Source: Gudongella sp. (GTDB lineage: Bacteria > Bacillota > Clostridia > Tissierellales > Tissierellaceae). Taken from it: DNA of 64,000 nt. The position numbers and the translations under genes were made by a program. Of the stretch, positions 56,313 to 64,000 are shown one piece after another. The notes below the pieces were generated by a model. The model saw only the letters and a program-made list of their open reading frames with translations, searched no databases and had not been told where the DNA came from. The stretch covers positions 9,446-73,445 of the forward strand of contig JANKMX010000002.1 of NCBI GenBank assembly GCA_024649995.1. The letters run 5' to 3'. How positions within the stretch are numbered: position 1 is the stretch's first letter; every line of letters starts with the position of its first letter.

Positions 56313-57404
56313 ATGCGAGAAAAAGATTTTAGATTTACATTGGATGAGGCAGCTGGAGCCTTGGGGGATTTTGGAACTCTGCTGCCAATAGTGATTGGGG
56401 TTTCAGTGGCAACAGAGATGGACCTGTCACGAATGCTGTTCTTTTTTGCCCTTGCATATATTGGAACCGGGTTGTATTACAAAATGCCAATGCCTGTGGA
56501 GCCTATGAAGGCCATAGGTGTTGTTGCCATAGCGGAGGGTCTATCAGCAGCTGAAATTGCCGGTGCTGGAATCGGCATGGGAATAATTCTGTTCATAATT
56601 GCAATAAGTGGACTGATGGGCTGGATAAAGAGTATTATGCCCACTCGTCTGATCAGGGGAATACAGTTTGGTCTGGCACTAACCCTTGGTTGGCAGGCCA
56701 TAAGGATGATATGGGGTGACCCAATTATGGGTTTGATCTCAATACTCATAGTCATATTCTATGCCAAATCAACCAGGTTGGATATTTCCGCATTGATTGT
56801 TTTTGGACTGGGTATAGCGGTAGGTATTGCAAGGTTTGGTGCTCCTGAAATTTCAATGATGACAATGCCGGAATTCATACTGCCGGATGCTCGGTCCCTG
56901 CTGAATGGAGTCGTAATGGGAACTATGCCACAGGTTGCCCTTACCCTGGGAAATGCAGTTCTTGCAACAGCCCTGCTTATTACGGACCTCCTGGACAGGA
57001 AGGTCAAGGAAAAGGAGCTGCTTCTGAGTATGAGTGCAATGTGCCTGTTCTCAGTCCCCTTTGGAGGATTTCCAATGTGCCATGGAGCGGGAGGTCTGGT
57101 AGCCCAGTATAGATTTGGGGCAAGGACAGGCGGGTCAAATATAATATCAGGGGTTGTACTGCTTGCTGTGGCAGTGCTTTTTGCAACTCCACACCTTGAA
57201 CTGATCATACCCTTTGGAGCACTTGGAGCCTTGCTGTTCTATTCAGGAATTTCCCTATACAGGACATCTACCAAGACTGAGGATATGACATTCACTGCAA
57301 TAACGGGTTTAATCGCTTTTATTTTTGGAATGGCCTGGGCTTTCGTTGTAATGATTTTTGCCCACAACATTCAGAAGAGGTACAAGAAATCACACACTGA
57401 TTGA
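56313..57404 (+). CDS. MOT1-family putative molybdate/sulfate transporter
   Basis: GALGDFGTLLPIV and KMPMPVEPMKAIGVVAI match the two signature motifs I recall for MOT1. The ATG at 56313 follows AGGAG. Confidence 0.7.
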   Translation: MREKDFRFTLDEAAGALGDFGTLLPIVIGVSVATEMDLSRMLFFFALAYIGTGLYYKMPMPVEPMKAIGVVAIAEGLSAAEIAGAGIGMGIILFIIAISGLMGWIKSIMPTRLIRGIQFGLALTLGWQAIRMIWGDPIMGLISILIVIFYAKSTRLDISALIVFGLGIAVGIARFGAPEISMMTMPEFILPDARSLLNGVVMGTMPQVALTLGNAVLATALLITDLLDRKVKEKELLLSMSAMCLFSVPFGGFPMCHGAGGLVAQYRFGARTGGSNIISGVVLLAVAVLFATPHLELIIPFGALGALLFYSGISLYRTSTKTEDMTFTAITGLIAFIFGMAWAFVVMIFAHNIQKRYKKSHTD

Positions 57405-57457
57405 TATTGAAATATAACATAGGCTAAATAAGCTATGATGTATCCAGGAGGAGAAAT

Positions 57458-58225
57458 ATGAAGTTCTTAAATGTTAAGAGTGAAAATATAGACATTGATG
57501 GTATTCCGGCAATTTTCTTAAGACCGGATTTGAAACTGGATGTATATCCAACCGTGGTATTCTATCATGGATGGAGCTCAAAAAAGGAGTATCAGGAGTT
57601 TCGGGGTTCAATAATTGCAAGCCTTGGATATCAGGTAATAATTCCAGATGCCATACACCATGGAGACAGAGGCCAGCTTGATTATGATGCTTCAGAGAAC
57701 TCCGGCTTCTTCTGGAGGGTTGTTCTAGCAAACCTTGATGAGTGGTCAAAAATCAAAGCACATGCAGTTGAAAAGCTAAGGACTGATCCGGGGAGATTGG
57801 CTGTCGCGGGACATTCAATGGGAGGTTTCACTTCAGCAGGTATTTTTGCGGAGAACACTGATATCAGGACCTGTGTAATCCTTAACGGATCCTTCAATTG
57901 GCTTGATAGCAATGAGGAATTCAAGAGAAGGCTCAATGTCCATATGACAAAGGAGTTTCAGGAGCTTGAGCAACAGGTTAAGGACAGGAATCCAGCCGGA
58001 AACATGGATAGCCTTCTGGACAGGCCCATACTGATACTTCACGGGGAAGCTGACTCTATGGTTGAAATAAGTCCCCAAAGGGAATTCTACGAAAGACTTC
58101 GGGAGCTACACAGGGCTGAGGGGGATCTAAAGATGGTCTCCTACAAGAATCTGGATCACTTTGTAACGACAAACATGCTTGAGGAAATGGGAAAATGGCT
58201 GGATAATAAAATGGTGGAGGAATAA
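57458..58225 (+). CDS. Alpha/beta hydrolase (esterase/peptidase S9-like)
   Basis: Nucleophile elbow GHSMGG, a late acidic residue (GEADSMV) and His (LDHFV). Confidence 0.7.
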   Translation: MKFLNVKSENIDIDGIPAIFLRPDLKLDVYPTVVFYHGWSSKKEYQEFRGSIIASLGYQVIIPDAIHHGDRGQLDYDASENSGFFWRVVLANLDEWSKIKAHAVEKLRTDPGRLAVAGHSMGGFTSAGIFAENTDIRTCVILNGSFNWLDSNEEFKRRLNVHMTKEFQELEQQVKDRNPAGNMDSLLDRPILILHGEADSMVEISPQREFYERLRELHRAEGDLKMVSYKNLDHFVTTNMLEEMGKWLDNKMVEE

Positions 58226-58226
58226 T

Positions 58227-58940
58227 ATGAAAAAGCCCATAATTGGAATCACATGCATTCAGGCAAATATCAAAGGCAAGAAGGTCAATACAATCAACGA
58301 TTTTTATTTTAATGCAGTCCTTAAGGCTGGAGGGGTTCCCCTAATAATACCTTCCATAACAGATGCTGAAACAATAACAGAATACGTAAAGATTCTGGAT
58401 GGGATAGTATTAACTGGAGGTCATGATGTGTGGCCACCAAGGTTTGGAGAGGAGCCCGTTAAGCAGGTTGTTGAAATAACCCATGAAAGGGATGAGCTTG
58501 AGCTGGTTCTCTTTGAAAAGGCATACGATGTAGGACTGCCTATACTTGGAATTTGCAGAGGCCTGCAGGTAGTTAATATCGCATTGGGAGGGACCCTTTA
58601 CCAGGACATTTACAGCCAGGTGGAGAATGTTGGTGGTCACTCATTTGGATACAGTCCTGAGGATGTGTATCACTCAATCCGTATTGAAGAGGAATCCTTG
58701 ATGAAGGAGATTTACGGAAGAGAAACTGTTTACGTCAATTCAGAGCATCACCAGGCAATAAAGGATCTGGGAAGGGACCTTAAGGTTACATCAAAAGCCC
58801 CTGATGGAATAATCGAATCAATTGAATCAACCAATGACAGGTTTATCCTGGCCGTTCAGTATCACCCAGAGGCAATTGCCCCAAAGTATCCTGAGCATCA
58901 GGAAATCTTCAACTACTACATTGACAGATGCAGCAGATAA
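58227..58940 (+). CDS. Class-I glutamine amidotransferase, peptidase C26 / PuuD-like gamma-glutamyl hydrolase
   Basis: GICRGLQVVN (Cys nucleophile) and QYHPE. The ATG at 58227 lies 1 nt after the previous stop. Confidence 0.8.
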   Translation: MKKPIIGITCIQANIKGKKVNTINDFYFNAVLKAGGVPLIIPSITDAETITEYVKILDGIVLTGGHDVWPPRFGEEPVKQVVEITHERDELELVLFEKAYDVGLPILGICRGLQVVNIALGGTLYQDIYSQVENVGGHSFGYSPEDVYHSIRIEEESLMKEIYGRETVYVNSEHHQAIKDLGRDLKVTSKAPDGIIESIESTNDRFILAVQYHPEAIAPKYPEHQEIFNYYIDRCSR

Positions 58941-59065
58941 ATCAAAAAGAGTGGATTTAAAACAGAAGGGACTGTTCTTTTTTTGTTTGAAAGCACATAT
59001 CAAAAAACAAAAGAACCGCTCCCGATGTTTCCGTATTATGATTGAGAAGAGGAGATGATGTCTGA

Positions 59066-59476
59066 ATGTATGATTTCTTGGAGGACTTTGGGGAAATTTT
59101 GGGATATGCGATTATTTTCTTCTACAGCTTGACGATTTTAAACTACATAGTTAAGCTTGCAAACAAAAAGTTCAAGACGCAGATAAGAAGGAACAAGACA
59201 TTTGCGGACAACTATATGAAAATGATGAGATTCATAGTGAAGAATCACCGATATTTTGGATTTCTGGCTATATTATTCCTTCTGCTTCATTTTTCAGTTC
59301 AGTTCTTAACACATGGACTGAGCATTACAGGAATAATTGCAGCAGCAGTAATGGTCTTGCAGGTAGTTCTGGGAATCTATGGTCACAAGGCTAAAAAGAG
59401 AGGGAAAACCTGGTTGACGATCCATCGTTCCATAGCTGTTCTTCTGTTGATTGCCATTGCCATCCATATAGAGTAG
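59066..59476 (+). CDS. Hypothetical 4-TM membrane protein
   Basis: 136 aa with conserved-looking His residues inside TM helices (LLLHFSVQ, LTIHRSIAV). No family assigned. Confidence 0.5.
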   Translation: MYDFLEDFGEILGYAIIFFYSLTILNYIVKLANKKFKTQIRRNKTFADNYMKMMRFIVKNHRYFGFLAILFLLLHFSVQFLTHGLSITGIIAAAVMVLQVVLGIYGHKAKKRGKTWLTIHRSIAVLLLIAIAIHIE

Positions 59477-59494
59477 TCTGGAAGCTTCAAATAT

Positions 59495-59782
59495 CTAGTG
59501 GAGCTCCTTTAGTAAAAGCATCATAACCAAAATATTGATTATTGCAATCAAGGGTAGCCCCAGCTGAAAGGCTGCCTTTTTTGTTTTGTGGGAGAAAAGA
59601 TGCATTCCAAGGACCGCACCAAGGCCTCCACCGAGAAGGGCTGATAGGAAAAGGGTTTTTTCAGCTATTCTTCTCTTCCCTCGTCTTGCCAGGGATTTGT
59701 CTCTCATAAAGAGAAAGAGTGCAATGGAATTTATTAACACCATGTATATAATAATGAAGTAAATAAAGTATTTATCAAGCAT
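59495..59782 (-). CDS. DUF1294-like small membrane protein
   Basis: RRIAEKTLFLSALLGGGLGAVLGMHLFSHKTKK matches my recollection of DUF1294. Confidence 0.65.
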   Translation of the reverse strand: MLDKYFIYFIIIYMVLINSIALFLFMRDKSLARRGKRRIAEKTLFLSALLGGGLGAVLGMHLFSHKTKKAAFQLGLPLIAIINILVMMLLLKELH

Positions 59783-59970
59783 AATTTCAACTCCTTTTTT
59801 TCTTTGAAAAAAGCCCTCAAGTGTCTAAGAATAAACATATTGCACCGAATTTATAAAATTCAGATATCATTGACAATCATCTTCTAATATTATACGCTAA
59901 AAGGGTATATAATTTTCAATAAAATTGAGAAAAATTCAATTTAACATTACATATTAAGAGGGGGAGAAAA

Positions 59971-60456
59971 ATGGAGTTCAAGTTTGATATTGAAGAAAAC
60001 AAGGAGCAGATCATAGCCTTCAAGGAGTTTCTGGATTCTAAGAAAGATACTCCTGGACCACTGATGCCTTCGCTTCAGCGTGCTCAGGACGTATTTGGAT
60101 ACCTGCCAAAGGAGATGCTTGAAGTGATTTCGCGGAAGCTGTCTATTCCAATGGCTGAAATCTACGGGGTGGCAACCTTCTATTCACAATTTTCATTTAT
60201 ACCTACAGGGAAAAACAAGATTAGTGTCTGCCTTGGAACCGCCTGCTATGTAAAGGGAGCCCAAAGCATACTCGAGGAAATAGAGACACAGCTTGGCATC
60301 AAATCAGGGGAAACCACAAAGGATGAGGTTTTCTCAATAGCATCAGCCAGGTGTGTTGGAGACTGCAGCATAGCACCTGTAATTTTAGTGAATGAAGACG
60401 TATATGCAAAGGTCAAGAAGGACGACATTGCAGAGATACTTGCTAAATACAATTAA
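59971..60456 (+). CDS. NuoE/HydC-like [2Fe-2S] subunit (HylC-like)
   Basis: Thioredoxin-like 2Fe-2S motifs: CLGTAC and CVGDCSIAP. Confidence 0.85.
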   Translation: MEFKFDIEENKEQIIAFKEFLDSKKDTPGPLMPSLQRAQDVFGYLPKEMLEVISRKLSIPMAEIYGVATFYSQFSFIPTGKNKISVCLGTACYVKGAQSILEEIETQLGIKSGETTKDEVFSIASARCVGDCSIAPVILVNEDVYAKVKKDDIAEILAKYN

Positions 60457-60468
60457 GGGGAGAGTGCC

Positions 60469-62049
60469 ATGATAACAAAGGAGAAGCTGTTTGAAATAAA
60501 GGAGAAAACCAAGCCATCCCTGGTAGAAAAACTCCTTGAGAGTGACAGGGTTGAGTTTAGGGGTGAGGATCTGGTCCTAAAGGGTGAATACTACAAAAAG
60601 CAGGTTAGAATTGCCCTTAAGAACTGCGACATAATAGATCCAACAAATATTGATGAATACATAGCCATGGATGGGTACTTTGCACTTCTAAAGGCTCTAA
60701 CAGAGCATGAGCCTGGATATGTGGTGGAGGAAATAACGGAATCACTGCTGCGAGGAAGAGGGGGAGCAGGATTTCCCACAGGGAGAAAGTGGAATGAGGC
60801 CTATAGGTATCAGGCTGACAAGAAATACATAATTTGCAACGCAGACGAGGGAGACCCAGGTGCCTTCATGGACAGATCAATCCTTGAGAAGGATCCACAC
60901 AGTGTTCTTGAGGGAATGGCCCTAGGAGGCTATGCAATAGGCTCGGACCAGGGCTACATATACGTAAGGGCTGAGTACCCAATGGCGGTTAAGAGACTTC
61001 AAATTGCAATAGATCAGGCCAGGGAGTACGGACTCTTGGGCAAGAACATATTCGGAACAGGCTTTAATTTTGACATAGAGCTGAGACTTGGCTCGGGAGC
61101 CTTTGTATGCGGAGAAGGAACAGCCCTGATGGAATCAATCGAGGGCAGGAGGGGCATGCCTCGTCCAAAGATCCACAGGACAGCACACAAGGGACTTTGG
61201 GGTAAGCCAACAATAATAAACAACGTGGAGACACTGGCCAATGTTCCAGTAATCATGAACAGGGGAGCAAAGTGGTTTAGGGGAATAGGTACTGAGGAAT
61301 CGCCAGGAACCAAGGTCTTTGCTCTTGTTGGTAAGGTTGAGAATGCTGGTCTGGTTGAGGTTCCCATGGGAATGACCCTTAGGGAGATAGTATTTGATAT
61401 CGGTGGTGGAGCACAGGATGGCAAGGAGTACAAGGCTGTACAGACCGGTGGCCCATCGGGAGGCTGCATACCAGCTGAACTTATCGATACCCCAGTTGAT
61501 TTTGAATCACTTGGCAAGATCTGGTCAATAATGGGCTCAGGTGGAATGGTTGTAATGGATGAGAATACCTGTATGGTTGACATTGCGAAATTCTTCCTTG
61601 ACTTCAGCGTTGAGGAGTCCTGCGGGAAATGTGTTCCATGCAGGGAAGGAACCAAGAGGATGTATGAGATCCTTGACAGGATAACCAAGGGCGAGGGCGT
61701 TGAAGGGGATATAGAGAGACTTGAGGAGCTTTCAGAAACCGTTAGCTCAACATCACTTTGTGGACTTGGACAGACCGCACCAAATCCTGTAATTACAACA
61801 ATCAAATACTACAGACATGAATACGAGGCACACATAAAGGACAAGCGCTGTCCTGCAAAGAGCTGCAAGGCCCTAATAAAATATGAAATCACGGACAAGT
61901 GTATCGGCTGCACCAGATGTGCAAAGGTGTGTCCGGTAGTGGCAATAACAGGCAAGGTCAAGGAGATGCACCACATTGACCAGTCAATATGTATAAAATG
62001 TGGAGCATGCTATGATGTGTGCCCTGTTGATGCCATTTCAATAATATAG
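60469..62049 (+). CDS. NuoF/HydB-like NAD(P)H- and FMN-binding subunit with C-terminal 2x[4Fe-4S] (HylB-like)
   Basis: GRGGAGFPTGRKW, ESCGKCVPCREG, then CIGCTRCAKVCP and CIKCGACYDVCP. Confidence 0.9.
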   Translation: MITKEKLFEIKEKTKPSLVEKLLESDRVEFRGEDLVLKGEYYKKQVRIALKNCDIIDPTNIDEYIAMDGYFALLKALTEHEPGYVVEEITESLLRGRGGAGFPTGRKWNEAYRYQADKKYIICNADEGDPGAFMDRSILEKDPHSVLEGMALGGYAIGSDQGYIYVRAEYPMAVKRLQIAIDQAREYGLLGKNIFGTGFNFDIELRLGSGAFVCGEGTALMESIEGRRGMPRPKIHRTAHKGLWGKPTIINNVETLANVPVIMNRGAKWFRGIGTEESPGTKVFALVGKVENAGLVEVPMGMTLREIVFDIGGGAQDGKEYKAVQTGGPSGGCIPAELIDTPVDFESLGKIWSIMGSGGMVVMDENTCMVDIAKFFLDFSVEESCGKCVPCREGTKRMYEILDRITKGEGVEGDIERLEELSETVSSTSLCGLGQTAPNPVITTIKYYRHEYEAHIKDKRCPAKSCKALIKYEITDKCIGCTRCAKVCPVVAITGKVKEMHHIDQSICIKCGACYDVCPVDAISII

Positions 62050-62064
62050 CATTGGAGGAAGAAT

Positions 62065-63021
62065 ATGAGTACAGTAAAGCTAACAATAGATGGTAAGACA
62101 GCTGAGGTATCCAATCAGCTGACCGTCCTGCAGGCAGCGAAAACTGTGGGAATTGATATTCCTGCCCTATGCTATGATGAGACCCTTGAAATATTTGGGG
62201 CATGCAGGATGTGCATTGTTGAGATAGAAGGAAGCAGTAAGCTTCAGACGGCCTGCTCCACCCTTGTGAAGGAGGGAATGGTTGTTCATACTGAAACTGA
62301 AAGGGTGGTATGGAACAGAAAGCAGACGCTTCAGATGCTTTTGGACAGTCATCCCAATGACTGCTTGACCTGCCACAAGGCGGGGGAATGTCTGCTGCAG
62401 GACTACGCATACAGATACGATGTAAACTTTAGAAAGCACGACGGGGAAATAAGACCTCAGCTATTGGATACGACAAGTCCATATATACTTAGGGACAACA
62501 GCAAGTGTATCCTCTGCGGTAAATGTGTTATGACTTGTGCCCAGGTATCCGACAGACAGGTTCTTTCCTTTGCGGAGAGAGGCTATGAGACCAGGGTGAT
62601 ATTTGGAGCGGACGAATCAATAGAGGAATCTCCATGTGTATCCTGCAACAGGTGTGTTGCTGTATGCCCTGTGGGAGCGTTGGTTGATAAGAGGGATATG
62701 GACAAAATCCGTTCCTGGGAGGCAGAGACAAAAATTGTGGGCTGCAAGGCCTGTGAATACGGCTGTGAATTTGAGGTAAGATCCAGGAACAGAAAGCCAG
62801 TTTCAGTTGTTGCCAAGGCACCAACAAATGGAAGACCCCTTTGCCTTAAGGGAAGGCTAACAACCGAGCTTAAGTATCTGGATAATCCGGATGCACCATA
62901 TAGAAAGCTGGATAAGTCATTTGAGAAGACAACCTGGGACAAGGCTCTTCAAATTACTGAGCTCCTTGAAAAAATCGAACGACTTGAAGGATCAAACAAG
63001 GATGGAGAGGGGGAAGAGTAG
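62065..63021 (+). CDS. NuoG-N-terminal-like Fe-S protein, paralog of the FdhA N-terminus (HylA-like)
   Basis: The 2Fe-2S region (CRMCIVEIEG...ACST), HPNDCLTCHKAGEC, CILCGKCVMTC and CVSCNRCVAVCP are all present. It ends after a CKACEYGC...C motif equivalent to the first cluster of the molybdopterin domain. Confidence 0.7.
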   Translation: MSTVKLTIDGKTAEVSNQLTVLQAAKTVGIDIPALCYDETLEIFGACRMCIVEIEGSSKLQTACSTLVKEGMVVHTETERVVWNRKQTLQMLLDSHPNDCLTCHKAGECLLQDYAYRYDVNFRKHDGEIRPQLLDTTSPYILRDNSKCILCGKCVMTCAQVSDRQVLSFAERGYETRVIFGADESIEESPCVSCNRCVAVCPVGALVDKRDMDKIRSWEAETKIVGCKACEYGCEFEVRSRNRKPVSVVAKAPTNGRPLCLKGRLTTELKYLDNPDAPYRKLDKSFEKTTWDKALQITELLEKIERLEGSNKDGEGEE

Positions 63022-64000
63022 ATGCAGGTTACAATAAACGGTAAACAATATGATTTTGATAAAGGAACGACTGTCCTTAAAGCCTGCAGTGAAATAGGAC
63101 TGGATATCCCCACATTGTGCAATGACGAAAGACTTGTTCCCTCAGGGTCATGTAGACTGTGCCAGGTTGAGATAGAGGGCTGGGGGAAGCTGCACACAGC
63201 CTGCACAACACAGGTAAGGGAAGGAATGGTCATACATACCCATAGCGACAGGGTCATAAAGGCAAGGCAGGATCTACTTGACATGCTCATATCCAATCAT
63301 CCCCTGGAGTGCCTGACCTGTGAAAAGTCAGGAGCATGCAAGCTTCAGGACTATTGCTACGAATATGGGATCACTGAAGGGACCTATAGATGGGAAATGA
63401 GCAAGCCATATTTTGACGATACAAATCCCTTCTACACCTTCGATGCAAGAAAGTGCATACTTTGCGGATTGTGCGTCAGGGTATGCGACGAGCTTCAGGG
63501 GACAAATGCCATAGGCTTCGAAAACAGGGGATTTGATACTCAAGTTGCCACTCCTTTCGGGGAAGGCCTTGAGAATTCAACCTGTGTATCCTGTGGAAAC
63601 TGCGTTTCCGTATGTCCAGTTGGAGCACTTGAGCCAAAGAGCAAGAAAAAGTTCAGACACTGGGAGACCAGGACTGTAAGGACTACCTGCTCCTATTGCG
63701 GAGTAGGCTGCCAAATGGATCTTAAGATAAAGGGAAATGAAATTGTGGAGGTTCAGCCTGCATTCGATGCACACAATGAGGGCCTCCTGTGCGTAAAGGG
63801 CAAGTTTTCATATAACTTCCTTTCACACCCGGACAGGTTGAAAAAGCCAATGGTAAGAAAGGACGGAGTCCTTGTTGAAACAGGCTGGGATGAGGCCTTG
63901 GATGTAATCACCTCAAAGATGAAAGAGGTGAAGAAGGAATTCGGATCAGATGCATTTGCCGGATTGACGTCTGCGCGATGCACAAATGAAGATAACTATA
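63022..64000 (+). CDS. fdhA: Formate dehydrogenase catalytic subunit FdhA/FdhF, N-terminal 326 aa (3' end outside window; not in the ORF track)
   Basis: My own translation from the ATG at 63022 (TAGATG junction): MQVTINGKQYDF...CRLCQVEIEG...HPLECLTCEKSGAC...CILCGLCVRVC...CVSCGNCVSVCP...CSYCGVGC...LCVKGKF...GLTSARCTNEDNY. The frame is open to the window end. Confidence 0.85.
   Translation, partial: MQVTINGKQYDFDKGTTVLKACSEIGLDIPTLCNDERLVPSGSCRLCQVEIEGWGKLHTACTTQVREGMVIHTHSDRVIKARQDLLDMLISNHPLECLTCEKSGACKLQDYCYEYGITEGTYRWEMSKPYFDDTNPFYTFDARKCILCGLCVRVCDELQGTNAIGFENRGFDTQVATPFGEGLENSTCVSCGNCVSVCPVGALEPKSKKKFRHWETRTVRTTCSYCGVGCQMDLKIKGNEIVEVQPAFDAHNEGLLCVKGKFSYNFLSHPDRLKKPMVRKDGVLVETGWDEALDVITSKMKEVKKEFGSDAFAGLTSARCTNEDNY

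Noticed and set aside
62065-63021. Possible pseudogene fragment of fdhA
   Set aside because: All Fe-S ligand motifs are intact, it has its own RBS and start, and it is tightly coupled (TAGATG) to the full fdhA. A functional HylA/NuoG-N-like subunit is more likely than a decayed duplicate.
63022-64000. Search for an in-frame TGA (selenocysteine) in fdhA
   Set aside because: The expected active-site position lies downstream of the ...SARCTNEDNY segment, beyond the window end. Nothing can be concluded here.

Overview
This is a gene-dense chromosomal segment with about 64 protein genes. By eye I found no rRNA, tRNA, CRISPR array, transposase or integrase. Gene content points to a strictly anaerobic Firmicute (Clostridia/Tissierellia-like), but that is a guess from content only. 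From left to right the window holds: an OmpR-type two-component system, ychF, a TtcA-like protein, HtrA and an ABC-F ATPase; small uncharacterised membrane proteins; pepF; a LytS/LytTR pair followed by cstA; and an XRE-TPR regulator with a DUF1576-like membrane protein. Next comes a cst-like persulfide/sulfur cluster (persulfide dioxygenase-rhodanese fusion, SLC13 permease, split YeeE/YedE, CoA-disulfide-reductase-like enzyme), then chrA and a DUF1538 membrane protein with a tandem P-II protein. After that is a permease-less four-gene module (cytoplasmic SBP-like protein with a DUF1858-like N-terminus, HypB/UreG-like GTPase, orphan ABC ATPase, Zn-ribbon) immediately upstream of hcp. The remainder is YitT, a CDF / glutamate-cysteine ligase / ATP-grasp operon, a NifX-like / MinD-ferredoxin / DUF5320 operon, trkAH, a radical-SAM DNA-repair pair, alr and ung. 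The right end is a tungsten/molybdenum island (tupABC behind a Moco-type riboswitch, a ModE-N/TupA-like regulator, mop, a MOT1-family transporter) and a NuoE/NuoF/NuoG-N-like plus FdhA formate dehydrogenase operon that runs off the window. The most interesting signals I can support from sequence are three. (1) Identical GTAAC-N4-GTTAC palindromes sit at about -42 of predicted promoters in front of both hcp and the four-gene module, tying that uncharacterised module to the hcp (nitrosative stress) regulon. (2) A near-consensus Fur 7-1-7 box lies just downstream of a consensus promoter for the NifX/MinD-ferredoxin/DUF5320 operon. (3) A Moco-type riboswitch precedes tupABC. All functional calls come from motif recognition by eye; no database search was run.
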